This document shows positions 20,270 through 37,096 of a DNA stretch of 64,000 bases, piece after piece; positions within the stretch are counted from its first letter, which is position 1; the number at the start of each line of letters is the position of its first letter. Below the pieces are notes generated by a model, which saw nothing but the letters and a program-made list of their open reading frames with translations, was not told the DNA's origin and made no database searches. A program made the translations under genes and the position numbers. Source of the DNA: the human T2T-CHM13v2.0 reference genome, Homo sapiens; NCBI RefSeq assembly GCF_009914755.1, contig NC_060948.1, one strand, 5' to 3'.

Positions 20270-22374
20270 AGATCCATATTTTTTAAATGAAAAAAAATTT
20301 CAAAGGTACTCTGCTTGGTACAATAATCAAATGTATAAACTGAGGAATAAAACATAACCATGAAACCTACTTATAACTGCATATGGAAAATACAGAGGAT
20401 AATTTTTTAAATAACATATTTTGAAAGCCTTAACTAGTAATTTGAATAGTTGGCATTTGAAAGGCAAGTATGAATGTACCTTCAAAGCAGCAACACAGGT
20501 TCCCCATGAGAAAAAGCAAACACAGGGAAAATAAAAACACAAAGGTTCAATCTCTTCTGACCTTTGAAAGACACAGCACAGACAGTGGTCCTTAGGACGA
20601 AGAGCAGGAGACCCCTAATTCCGTCACCATGGCGATAGGGCATAAACATTGCTGGGTGAGGGCACAATCCACATTGTGAGGTCCAACTGCTGCCAGGAAG
20701 ACAGGAGTGCTTTTACACAGACCGAAAGGTCATTGAAGGCTCAGAGTTTTGTTTCAAGAACTGAATCCCAAGCCCACACGTTATTAGGCTGCGCTTCTTA
20801 AAACAAGTTATGAGATGGGAAAAAGGGCACCCACAAACATACGTATACATTATGTATATAATAATATACAGTATCATATATATAATATATATAACCTATG
20901 TATAATATTGTTTTACATCCTGCATCTTATGTTATATATATTGTATAAAATATAATAATTGATAATATATAAGTTTTATAATTATACAATATGACATATA
21001 GTATATATTATAATTTATGACATATATAATATATGTTATATATCATATATAGAATATATTGTACGGTTAATATACGTATTAAATATAAATTATACATTAT
21101 ATATATTATATATAATATATCTGTTATATATAATACCCATTATGCATAATATATATATTATGTCTATGTTATATATAGTATAAAGCAACATATAATAATA
21201 TATAATTGTATATATAAAATGCGACATATAATATATATTATATTTTATACCATATGTAATATATATTATATATTATATATAATACATTGTATGTATAATA
21301 CCTATATTAAATATATATTATATGACTATGTTATTAATTACATGTCACATGTGTTATATATTATATATTTTACATAGAATATACCGGTTACATACAATAT
21401 ATACTATGTTACCTATAATGTACAATTTATTACATGTAAAATAAAGAATGCAATATATTATGTATAATTTATAATATACAATATGTGGAATGTGATATAT
21501 ATAACATATAATATATGATATATGATATACAGTATATGATATATAACATACAATATATGATTCCTAATATATATGGTATACAATATATATTTTATGATAT
21601 GTATTCTATATGTTTTATATTCTGTTATATATAACTATTTGAAATTATATATAACTGTATAATATTTTATGTAAATATGTAATATAATATATATAACTAT
21701 ATAATATATTATATATAACTATATATTATGTTATATATACTTTTATAACATAATTTACATAAAATATCATAATATAATATATATTATATTATTTCATATT
21801 ACATAATATATATTACATATCACCCAATATAACTAACATACATAATATTATAATAAAGATTATATTATGTTATATTAAATATCATATATATCATGTATCA
21901 TATATTCTAAAATATATATTACACATTATATAGTATGTATGTTGTCTATTATGTGATATATATAACTATATATATAATTATATTTTTATACATATAACTA
22001 GATAAACATGTAATTCTACATATTTTCATTTATAATATGTAGAATTATATAATCATATATAATTATTTATATTCTATAAAAAATTTTATCATTATATAAA
22101 TTATAATATATAAAAATTATAATATGTACTACAAATATATATATTATATATCATATATGATATAGTACCTTTGTTATATATCATAATACATATAAATGTG
22201 TATTATGTTATCTATAATTATATAATTTCATATATAAGTTGTATAATATGTATCATATATTATATATGTTATGTAGTATATATAGTATATATAAGATGAC
22301 ACAGGATAAATATTATATACTATGACATATAAAATATATGAGGTTATATGTTACATATAAGACATAGCACATAA

Positions 22375-22689
<315 letters not shown>

Positions 22690-24794
22690 AGATCCATATT
22701 TTTTAAATGAAAAAAAATTTCAAAGGTACTCTGCTTGGTACAATAATCAAATGTATAAACTGAGGAATAAAACATAACCATGAAACCTACTTATAACTGC
22801 ATATGGAAAATACAGAGGATAATTTTTTAAATAACATATTTTGAAAGCCTTAACTAGTAATTTGAAGAGTTGGCATTTGAAAGGCCAGTATGAATGTACC
22901 TTCAAAGCAGCAACACAGGTTCCCCATGAGAAAAAGCAAACACAGGGAAAATAAAAACACAAAGGTTCAATCTCTTCTGACCTTTGAAAGACACAGCACA
23001 GACAGTGGTCCTTAGGACGAAGAGCAGGAGACCCCTAATTCCGTCACCATGGCGATAGGGCATAAACATTGCTGGGTGAGGGCACAATCCACATTGTGAG
23101 GTCCAACTGCTGCCAGGAAGACAGGAGTGCTTTTACACAGACCGAAAGGTCATTGAAGGCTCAGAGTTTTGTTTCAAGAACTGAATCCCAAGCCCACACG
23201 TTATTAGGCTGCGCTTCTTAAAACAAGTTATGAGATGGGAAAAAGGGCACCCACAAACATACGTATACATTATGTATATAATAATATACAGTATCATATA
23301 TATAATATATATAACCTATGTATAATATTGTTTTACATCCTGCATCTTATGTTATATATATTGTATAAAATATAATAATTGATAATATATAAGTTTTATA
23401 ATTATACAATATGACATATAGTATATATTATAATTTATGACATATATAATATATGTTATATATCATATATAGAATATATTGTACGGTTAATATACGTATT
23501 AAATATAAATTATACATTATATATATTATATATAATATATCTGTTATATATAATACCCATTATGCATAATATATATATTATGTCTATGTTATATATAGTA
23601 TAAAACAACATATAATAATATATAATTGTATATATAAAATGCGACATATAATATATATTATATTTTATACCATATGTAATATATATTATATATTATATAT
23701 AATACATTGTATGTATAATACCTATATTAAATATATATTATATGACTATGTTATTAATTACATGTCACATGTGTTATATATTATATATTTTACATAGAAT
23801 ATACCGGTTACATACAATATATACTATGTTACCTATAATGTATAATTTATTACATGTAAAATAAAGAATGCAATATATTATGTATAATTTATAATATACA
23901 ATATGTGGAATGTGATATATATAACATATAATATATGATATATGATATACAGTATATGATATATAACATACAATATATGATTCCTAATATATATGGTATA
24001 CAATATATATTTTATGATATGTATTCTATATGTTTTATATTCTGTTATATATAACTATTTGAAATTATATATAACTGTATAATATTTTATGTAAATATGT
24101 AATATAATATATATAACTATATAATATATTATATATAACTATATATTATGTTATATATACTTTTATAACATAATTTACATAAAATATCATAATATAATAT
24201 ATATTATATTATTTCATATTACATAATATATATTACATATCACCCAATATAACTAACATACATAATATTATAATAAAGATTATATTATGTTATATTAAAT
24301 ATCATATATATCATGTATCATATATTCTAAAATATATATTACACATTATATAGTATGTATGTTGTCTATTATGTGATATATATAACTATATATATAATTA
24401 TATTTTTATACATATAACTAGATAAACATGTAATTCTACATATTTTCATTTATAATATGTAGAATTATATAATCATATATAATTATTTATATTCTATAAA
24501 AAATTTTATCATTATATAAATTATAATATATAAAAATTATAATATGTACTACAAATATATATATTATATATCATATATGCTATAGTACCTTTGTTATATA
24601 TCATAATACATATAAATGTGTATTATGTTATCTATAATTATATAATTTCATATATAAGTTGTATAATATGTATCATATATTATATATGTTATGTAATATA
24701 TATAGTATATATAAGATGACACAGGATAAATATTATATACTATGACATATAAAATATATGAGGTTATATGTTACATATAAGGCATAGCACATAA

Positions 24795-25109
<315 letters not shown>

Positions 25110-27106
25110 AGATCCATATTTTTTAAATGAAAAAAAATTTCAAAGGTACTCTGCTTGGTACAATAATCAAATGTATAAACTGAGGAATAAAACATAACCA
25201 TGAAACCTACTTATAACTGCATATGGAAAATACAGAGGATAATTTTTTAAATAACATATTTTGAAAGCCTTAACTAGTAATTTGAAGAGTTGGCATTTGA
25301 AAGGCCAGTATGAATATAACTTCAAAGCAGCAACACAGGTTCCCCATGAGAAAAAGCAAACACAGGGAAAATAAAAACACAAAGGTTCAATCTCTTCTGA
25401 CCTTTGAAAGACACAGCACAGACAGTGGTCCTTAGGATGAAGAGCAGGAGACCCCTAATTCCGTCACCATGGCGATAGGGCATAAACATTGCTGGGTGAG
25501 GGCACAATCCACATTGTGAGGTCCAACTGCTGCCAGGAAGACAGGAGTGCTTTTACATAGACCGAAAGGTCATTGAAGGCTCAGAGTTTTGTTTCAAGAA
25601 CTGAATCCCAAGCCCACACGTTATTAGGCTGCGCTTCTTAAAACAAGTTATGAGATGGGAAAAAGGGCACCCACAAACATACGTATACATTATGTATAAT
25701 AATATACAGTATCATATATATAATATATATAAACTATGTATAATATTGTTTTACATCCTGCATCTTATGTTATATATATTGTATAAAATATAATAATTGA
25801 TAATATATAAGTTTTATATTTATACAATATGACATATAGTATATATTATAATTTATGACATTTATAATATATGTTATATATCATATATAGAATATATTAT
25901 ACGGTTAATATACGTATTAAATATAAATTATACATTATATATATTATATATAATATATCTGTTATATATAATACCCATTATGCATAATATATATATTATG
26001 TCTATGTTATATATAGTATAAAACAACATATAATAATATATAATTGTATATATAAAATGCGACATAGAATATATATTATATTTTATAACATATGTAATAT
26101 ATATTATATATTATATATAATACGTTGTATATATAATACCTATCTTAAATATATATTATATGACTATGTTATTAATTACATGTCACATGTGTTATATATT
26201 ATATATTTTACATAGAATATACTGGTGACATACAATATATACTATGTTACCTATAATGTATAATTTATTATATGTAAAATAAAGAATGCAATATATTATG
26301 TATAATTTATAATATACAACATGTGGAATGTGATATATATAACATATAATATATGATATATGATAAGCAGTATATGATATATAACATACAATATATGATA
26401 CCTAATATATATGGTATACAATATATATTTTATGATATGTATTCTATATGTTTTATATTCTGTTATGTATAACTATTTGAAATTATATATAACTGTATAA
26501 TATTTTATGTAAATATGTAATATAATATATATAACTATATAATATATTATATATAACTCTATATTAAGTTATATATACTTTTATAACATAATTTACATAA
26601 AATATCATAATATAATATATATTATATTATTTCATATTACATAATATATATTACATATCACCCAATATAAGTAACATACATAATATTATAATATAGAATA
26701 TATTATGTTATATTAAATATCATATATATCATGTATCATATATTCTATAATATATATTATACATTATATAATATGTATGTTGTGTACTATGTGATATATA
26801 ACTATATATATAATTATATTTTTATACATATAACTAGATAAACATGTAATTCTACATATTTTCATTTATAATATATCGAATTATAAAATCATATATAATT
26901 ATTTATATTCTATAAAAAATTATGTCATTATATAAATTATAATATATAAAAATAATAATATGTACTACAAATATATATATTATATATCATATATGATATA
27001 GTACCTTTGTTATATATCATAATACATATAAATGTGTATTGTGTTATCTATAATTATATAATTTCATATATAAGATGTACAACATGTATTATATATTACA
27101 TGTGGT

Positions 27107-27281
27107 GTAGCTGGGACTACACCACACTGGGACTACACCAGCTGCCACCATGCCTAGCTAATTTTTTGGATTTTTAGTAGTGACAGCGTTTCACTGTATT
27201 GGCCTGCATGGTATTGATCTCTTCACCTTGTGATCCCCTTGCCTTGGCATCCAAATTTGCTGGGATTACAGGCCTGAGCCA
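27107..27281 (-). mobile_element. Truncated AluY-like (tail and most of right arm deleted), DYZ2 unit 12
   Basis: Starts at gtagctgggactacacc. The upstream 117 bp of Alu and ~133 bp of AT-rich flank are missing. Confidence 0.92.
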
Positions 27282-29384
27282 AGATCCATATTTTGTAAAT
27301 GAAAAAAAATTTCAAAGGTACTCTGCTTGGTACAATAATCAAATGTATAAACTGAGGAATAAAACATAACCATGAAACCTACTTATAACTGCATATGGAA
27401 AATACAGAGGATAATTTTTTAAATAACATATTTTGAAAGCCTTAACTAGTAATTTGAAGAGTTGGCATTTGAAAGGCCAGTATGAATATACCTTCAAAGC
27501 AGCAACACAGGTTCCCCATGAGAAAAAGCAAACTCAGGGAAAATGAAACCACAAAGGTTCAATCTCTTCTGACCTTTGAAAGACACAGCACAGACAGTGG
27601 TCCTTAGGACGAAGAGCAGGAGACCCCTAATTCCGTCACCATGGCGATAGGGCATAAACATTGCTGGGTGAGGGCACAATCCACATTGTGAGGTCCAACT
27701 GCTGCCAGGAAGACAGGAGTGCTTTTACATAGACCAAAAGTTCATTGAAGGCTCAGAGTTTTGTTTCAAGAACTGAATCCCAAGCCCACACGTTATTAGG
27801 CTGCGCTTCTTAAAACAAGTTATGAGATGGGAAAAAGGGCACCCACAAACATACGTATACATTATGTATATAATAATATACAGTATCATATATATAATAT
27901 ATATAACCTATGTATAATATTGTTTTACATCATGCATCTTATGTTATATATATTGTATAAAATATAATAATTGATAATATATAAGTTTTATATTTATGCA
28001 ATATGACATATAGTATATATTATAATTTATGACGTATATAATATATGTTATATATCATATACAGAATATATTATACGGTTAATATACGTATTAAATATAA
28101 ATTATACATTATATATTATATATAATATATCTGTTATATATAATACCCATTATGCATAATATATATATTATGTCTATGTTATATATAGTATAAAACAACA
28201 TATAATAATATATAATTGTATATATAAAATGCGACATATAATATATATTATATTTTATGACATATGTAATATATATTATATATTATATATAATACGTTGT
28301 ATGTATAATACCTATATTAAATATATATTATATGACTATGTTATTAATTACATGTCACATGTGTTATATATTATATATTTTACATAGAATATACCGGTTA
28401 CATACAATATATACTCTGTTACCTATAATGTATAATTTATTACATGTAAAATAAAGAATGCAATATATTATGTATAATTTATAATATACAATATGTGGAA
28501 TGTGATATATATAACATATAATATATGATATATGATATACAGTATATGATATATAACATACAATATATGATACCTAGTATATATGGTATACAATATATAT
28601 ATTATGATATGTATTCTATATGTTTTATATTCTGTTATATATAACTAATTGAAATTATATATAACTGTATAATATTTTATGTAAATATGTAATATAATAT
28701 ATATAACTATATAATATAATATATATAACTATATATTATTATATATATACTTTTATAACAAAATTTACATAAAATATCATAATATAATATATATTATATT
28801 ATTTCATATTACATAATATATATTACATATCACCCAATATAAGTAACATACATAATATTAAATTATATATTATATTATATTATATTAAATATTATATATA
28901 TCATGTATCATATATTCTATAATATATATTACACATTATATAATATGTATGTTGTCTATTATGTGATATATATAACTATATATATACTTATATTATTATA
29001 CATATAACTAGATAAACATGTAATTCTACATATTTTCATTTATAATATATAGAATTATATAATCATATATAATTATTTATATTCTATGAAAAATTATATA
29101 ATTATATAAATTATAATATATAAAAATTATAATATGTACTACAAATATATATATTATATATCATATATGATATAGTACCTTTGTTATATATCATAATACA
29201 TATAAATGTGTATTATGTTATCTATAATTATATAATTTCATATATAAGATGTATAATATGTGTCATATATTATATATGTTATGTAATATATATAGTATAT
29301 ATAAGATGACACAGGATAAATATTATATACTATGACATATAAAATATATGAGGTTATATGTTACATACAAGGCATAGCACATAA

Positions 29385-29699
<315 letters not shown>

Positions 29700-31802
29700 A
29701 GATCCATATTTTGTAAATGAAAAAAAATTTCAAAGGTACTCTGCTTGGTACAATAATCAAATGTATAAACTGAGGAATAAAACATAACCATGAAACCTAC
29801 TTATAACTGCATATGGAAAATACAGAGGATAATTTTTTAAATAACATATTTTGAAAGCCTTAACTAGTAATTTGAAGAGCTGGCATTTGAAAGGCCTGTA
29901 TGAATATACCTTCAAAGCAGCAACACAGGTTCCCCATGAGAAAAAGCAAACACAGGGAAAATAAAACCACAAAGGTTCAATCTCTTCTGACCTTTGAAAG
30001 ACACAGCACAGACAGTGGTCCTTAGGACGAAGAGCAGGAGACCCCTAATTCCGTCACCATGGCGATAGGGCATAAACATTGCCGGGTGAGGGCACAATCC
30101 ACATTGTGAGGTCCAACTGCTGCCAGGAAGACAGGAGTGCTTTTACATAGACCGAAAGGTCATTGAAGGCTCAGAGTTTTGTTTCAAGAACTGAATCCCA
30201 AGCCCACACGTTATTACGCTGCGCTTCTTAAAACAAGTTATGAGATGGGAAAAAGGGCACCCACAAACATACGTATACATTATGTATATAATAATATACA
30301 GTATCATATATATAATATATATAACCTATGTATAATATTGTTTTACATCCTGCATCTTATATTATATATATTGTATAAAATATAATAATTGATAATATAT
30401 AAGTTTTATATTTATACAATATGACATATAGTATATATTATAATTTATGACGTATATAATATATGTTATATATCATATATAGAATATATTATACGGTTAA
30501 TATACGTATTAAGTATAAATTATACATTATATATTATATATAATATATCTGTTATATATAATACCCATTATGCATAATATATATATTATGTCTATGTTAT
30601 ATATAGTAGAAAACAACATATAATAATATATAATTGTATATATAAAATGCGACATATAATATATATTATATTTTATGACATATGTAATATATATTATATA
30701 TTATATATAATACGTTGTATGTATAATACCTATATTAAATGTATATTATATGACTATGTTATTAATTACATGTCACATGTGTTATATATTATATATTTTA
30801 CATAGAATATACCGGTTACATACAATATATACTATGTTACCTACAATGTATAATTTATTACATGTAAAATAAAGAATGCAATATATTATGTATAATTTAT
30901 AATATACAATATGTGGAATGTGATATATATAACATATAATATATGATATATGATATAAAGTATATGATATATAACATACAATATATGATACCAAATATAT
31001 ATGGTATACAATATATATTTTATGATATGTATTCTATATGTTATATATTCTGTTATATATAACTATTTGAAATTATATATAACTGTAAAATATTTTATGT
31101 AAATATGTAATATAATATATATAACTATATAATATATTATATATAACTATACATTATGTTATATATACTTTTAAAACATAATTTACATAAAATATCATAA
31201 TATAATATATATTATATAATTTCATATTACATAATATATATTACATATCACCCAATATAAGTAACATACATAATATTATAATATAGACTATGTTATGTTA
31301 TATTAAATATCATATATATCATGTATCATATATTCTATAATATATATTATACATTATATAATATGTATGTTGTCTATTATGTGATATATATAACTATATA
31401 TATAATTATATTATTATACATATAACTAGATAAACATGTAATTCTACATATTTTCATTTATAATATAGAGAATTATATAATCATATATAATTATTTATAT
31501 TCTATAAAAAATTATATCATTATATAAATTATAATATATAAAAATTATAATATGTACTACAAATATATATATTATATATCATATATGATATAGTACCTTT
31601 GTTATATATCATAATATATATAAATGTGTATTATGTTATCTATAATTATATAATTTCATATATAAGATATATAATATGTATCATATATTATATATGTTAT
31701 GTAATATATATAGTATATATAAGATGACACAGGATAAATATTATATACTATGACATATAAAATATATGAGGTTATATGTTACATATAAGGCATAACACAT
31801 AA

Positions 31803-32117
<315 letters not shown>

Positions 32118-33174
32118 AGATCCATATTTTTTAAATGAATAAAAATTTCAAAGGTACTCTGCTTGGTACAATAATCAAATATATAAACTGAGGAATAAAA
32201 CATAACCATGAAACCTACTTATAACTGCATATGGAAAATACAGAGGATAATTTTTTAAATAACATATTTTGAAAGCCTTAACTAGTAATTTGAAGATTTG
32301 GCATTTGAAAGGCCAGTATGAATATACCTTCAAAGCAGCAACACAGGTTCCCCTTGAGAAAAAGCAAACTCAGAGAAAATGAAACCACAAAGGCTCAATC
32401 TCTTCTGACCTTTGAAAGACACAGCACAGACAGTGGTCCTTAGGACGAAGAGCAGGAGACCCCTAATTCCGTCACCATGGCGATAGGGCATAAACATTGC
32501 TGGGTGAGGGCACAATCCACATTGTGAGGTCCAAGTGCTGCCAGGAAGACAGGAGTGCTTTTACATAGACCGAAAGGTCATTGAAGGCTCAGAGTTTTGT
32601 TTCAAGAACTGAATCCCAAGCCCACACGTTATTAGGCTGCGCTTCTTAAAACAAGTTATGAGATGGGAAAAAGGGCACCCACAAACATACGTATACATTA
32701 TGTATATAATAATATACAGTATCATATATATAATATATATAACCTATGTATAATATTGTTTTACATCCTGCATCTTATGTTATATATATTGTATAAAATA
32801 TAATAATTGATAATATATAAGTTTTATATTTATACAATATGACATATAGTATATATTATAATTTATGACATATATAATATATGTTATATATCATATATAG
32901 AATATATTATACGGTTAATATACGTATTAAATATAAATTATACATTATATATATTATATATAATATATCTGTTATATATAATACCCCTTATGCATAATAT
33001 ATATATTATGTCTATGTTATATATAGTATAAAACAACACATAATAATATATAATTGTATACATAAAATGCGACATATAATATATATTATATTTTATGACA
33101 TATGTAATATATATTATATATTATATATAATACGTTGTATGTATAATACATATATTAAATATATATTATATGAC

Positions 33175-33345
33175 CTATATTAAATATATATTATTTATAT
33201 ATATTTATTATATATTTAATATATATTATATATAATATAAATATATTTAATATATATAATATATATTAAATATATATTATATGACCTATATTAAATATAT
33301 ATTATATAATATATATTTATAATAATATAAATATATATTATATGT
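33175..33345. other. ~171-bp AT-rich insertion unique to one DYZ2 unit
   Basis: Other units read tatatgactatgttattaattac. Here 171 extra bases separate tgac (33174) from atgttattaattac (33347). Confidence 0.88.
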
Positions 33346-34384
33346 AATGTTATTAATTACATGTCACATGTGTTATATATTATATATTTTACATAGAATA
33401 TACCGGTTACATACAATATATACTATGTTACCTACAATGTATAATTGATTACATGTAAAATAAAGAATGCAATATATTATGTATAATTTATAATATACAA
33501 TATGTGGAATGTGATATATATAACATATAATATATGATATATGATATAGAGTATATGATATATAACATACAATATATGATACCTAATATATATGGTATAC
33601 AATATATATTTTATGATATGTATTCTATATGTAATATATTCTCTTATATATAACTATTTGAAATTATATATAACTGTATAATATTTTATGTAAATATGTA
33701 ATATAATATATATAAGTATATAATATATTATATATAACTATATATTATGTTATATATACTTTTATAACATAATTTACATAAAATATCATAATATAATATA
33801 TATTATATTATTTCATATTACATAATGTATATTACATATCACCCAATATAAGTAACATACATAATATTATAATATAGATTATATTGTGTTATATTAAATA
33901 TCATATATATCATGTATCATATATTCTATAATATATATTATATATTATATAATATGTATGTTGTCTATTATGTGATATATATAACTACATATATAATTAT
34001 ATTATTATACATATAACTAGATAAACATGTAATTCTACATATTTTCATTTATAATATAGAGAATTATATAATCATATATAATTATTTATATTCTATAAAA
34101 AATTATGTCATTATATAAATTATAATATATAAAAATTATAATATGTACTACAAATATATATATTATATATCATATATGATATAGTACCTTTGTTATATAT
34201 CATAAAACATATAAATGTGTATTATGTTATCTATAATTATATAATTTCATATATAAGATGTATAATATGTATCATATATTATATATGTTATGTAATATAT
34301 ATAGTATATATAAGATGACACAGGATAAATATTATATACTATGACATATAAAATATATGAGGTTATAATATATATCATATATAA

Positions 34385-34676
<292 letters not shown>

Positions 34677-36804
34677 AGATCCATATTTTTTAAATGAAAA
34701 AAAATTTCAAAGGTACTCTGCTTGGTACAATAATCAAATGTATAAACTGAGGAATAAAACATAACCATGAAACCTACTTATAACTGCATATGGAAAATAC
34801 AGAGGATAATTTTTTAAATAACATATTTTGAAAGCCTTAACTAGTAATTTGAAGAGTTGGCCTTTGAAAGACCAGTATGAATATACCTTCAAAGCAGCAA
34901 CACAGGTTCCCCATGAAAAAAAGCAAACTCAGGGAAAATAAAACCACAAAGGTTCAATCTCTTCTGACCTTTGAAAGACACAGCACAGACAGTGGTCCTT
35001 AGGACGAAGAGCAGGAGACCCCTAATTCCGTCACCATGGCGATAGAGCATAAACATTGCTGGGTGAGGGCACAATCCACATTGTGAGGTCCAAGTGCTGC
35101 CAGGAAGACAGGAGTGCTTTTACATAGACCGAAAGGTCATTGAAGGCTCAGAGTTTTGTTTCAAGAACTGAATCCCAAGCCCACACGTTATTAGGCTGCG
35201 CTTCTTAAAACAAGTTATGAGATGGGAAAAAGGGCACCCACAAACATACGTATACATTATGTATATAATAATATACAGTATCATATATATAATATATATA
35301 ACCTATGTATAATATTGTTTTACATCCTGCATCTTATGTTATATATATTATATAAAATATAATAATTGATAATATATAAGTTTTGTATTTATACAATATG
35401 ACATATAGTATATATTATAATTTATGACATATATAATATATGTTATATATCATATATAGAATATATTATACGGTTAATATACGTATTAAATATAAATTAT
35501 ACATTATATATATTATATATAATATATCTGTTATATATAATACCCATTATGCATAATATATATGTTATGTCTATGTTATATACAGTATAAAACAACATAT
35601 AATAATATATAATTGTATATATAAAATGCGACATATAATATATATTTTATTTTATGACATATGTAATATATATTATATATTATATATAAAACGTTGTATG
35701 TATAATACCTATATTAAATATATATTATATGACTATGTTATTAATTACATGTCACATATGTTATATATTATATATTTTACATAGAATATACCGGTTACAT
35801 ACAATATATACTATGTTACCTATAATGTATAATTTATTACATGCAAAATAAAGAATGCAATATATTATGTATAATTTATAATATACAATATGTGGAATGT
35901 GATATATATAACATATAATATATGATATATGATATACAGTATATGATATATAACATACAATATATGATACCTAATATATATGGTATACAATATATATTTT
36001 ATGATAAGTATTCTATATGTTTTATATTCTGTTATATATACCTATTTGAAATTATATATAACTGTATAATAATTTATGCAAATATGTAATATAATATATA
36101 TAACTATATAATATATTATATATAACTATATATTATGTTATATATACTTTTATAACATAATTTACATAAAATATCATAATATAATATATAGTATATTATT
36201 TCATATTACATAATATATATTACATATCACCCAATATAAGTAACATACTTAATATTATAATATAGATTATATTATGTTATATTAAATATCATATATATCA
36301 TGTATCATATATTCTATAATATATATTATACATTATATAATATGTATGTTGTCTATTATGTGATATATATAACTATATATATAAATATATTATTATACAT
36401 ATAACTGGATAAACATGTAATTCTACATATTTTCATTTATAATATATAGAAATATATAATCATATATAATTATTTATATTCTATAAAAATTTATATCATT
36501 ATATAAATTATAATATATAAAAATTATAATATGTACTACAAATATATATATTATATATCATATATGATATAGTACCTTTGTTATATATCATAATACATAT
36601 AAATGTGTATTATGTTATCTATAATTATATAATTTCATATATAAGATGTATAATATGTATTATTTATTATATATGTTATGTAATATATATAGTATATATA
36701 AGCTGACACAGGATAAATATTATATACTATGACATATAAAATATATGAGGTTATATGTTACATATAAGGCATAGCACATAACATGTAATATATATCATAT
36801 ATAA

Positions 36805-37096
36805 TATTTTTTTAGACAGAGTCTTGTCCTGTTGCACATGGTGGAGTACAATGGCGCCATCTTTGCTCACTGTAACATCTGCCTCATGGGTCCAAGCGAT
36901 TGTCCTCCCTCAGCCTCCCAGGTAGCTGGGACTGCACCACACTGGGACTACACCAGCTGCCACCATGCCTAGCTAATTTTTTGGATTTTTAGTAGTGACA
37001 GCGTTTCACTGTATTGGCCAGGATGGTCTTGATCTCTTCACCTTGTGATCCCCTTGCCTTGGCCTCCAAATTTGCTGGGATTACAGGCCTGAGCCA
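36805..37096 (-). mobile_element. AluY-like, DYZ2 unit 16
   Basis: Same Alu copy. Confidence 0.93.
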
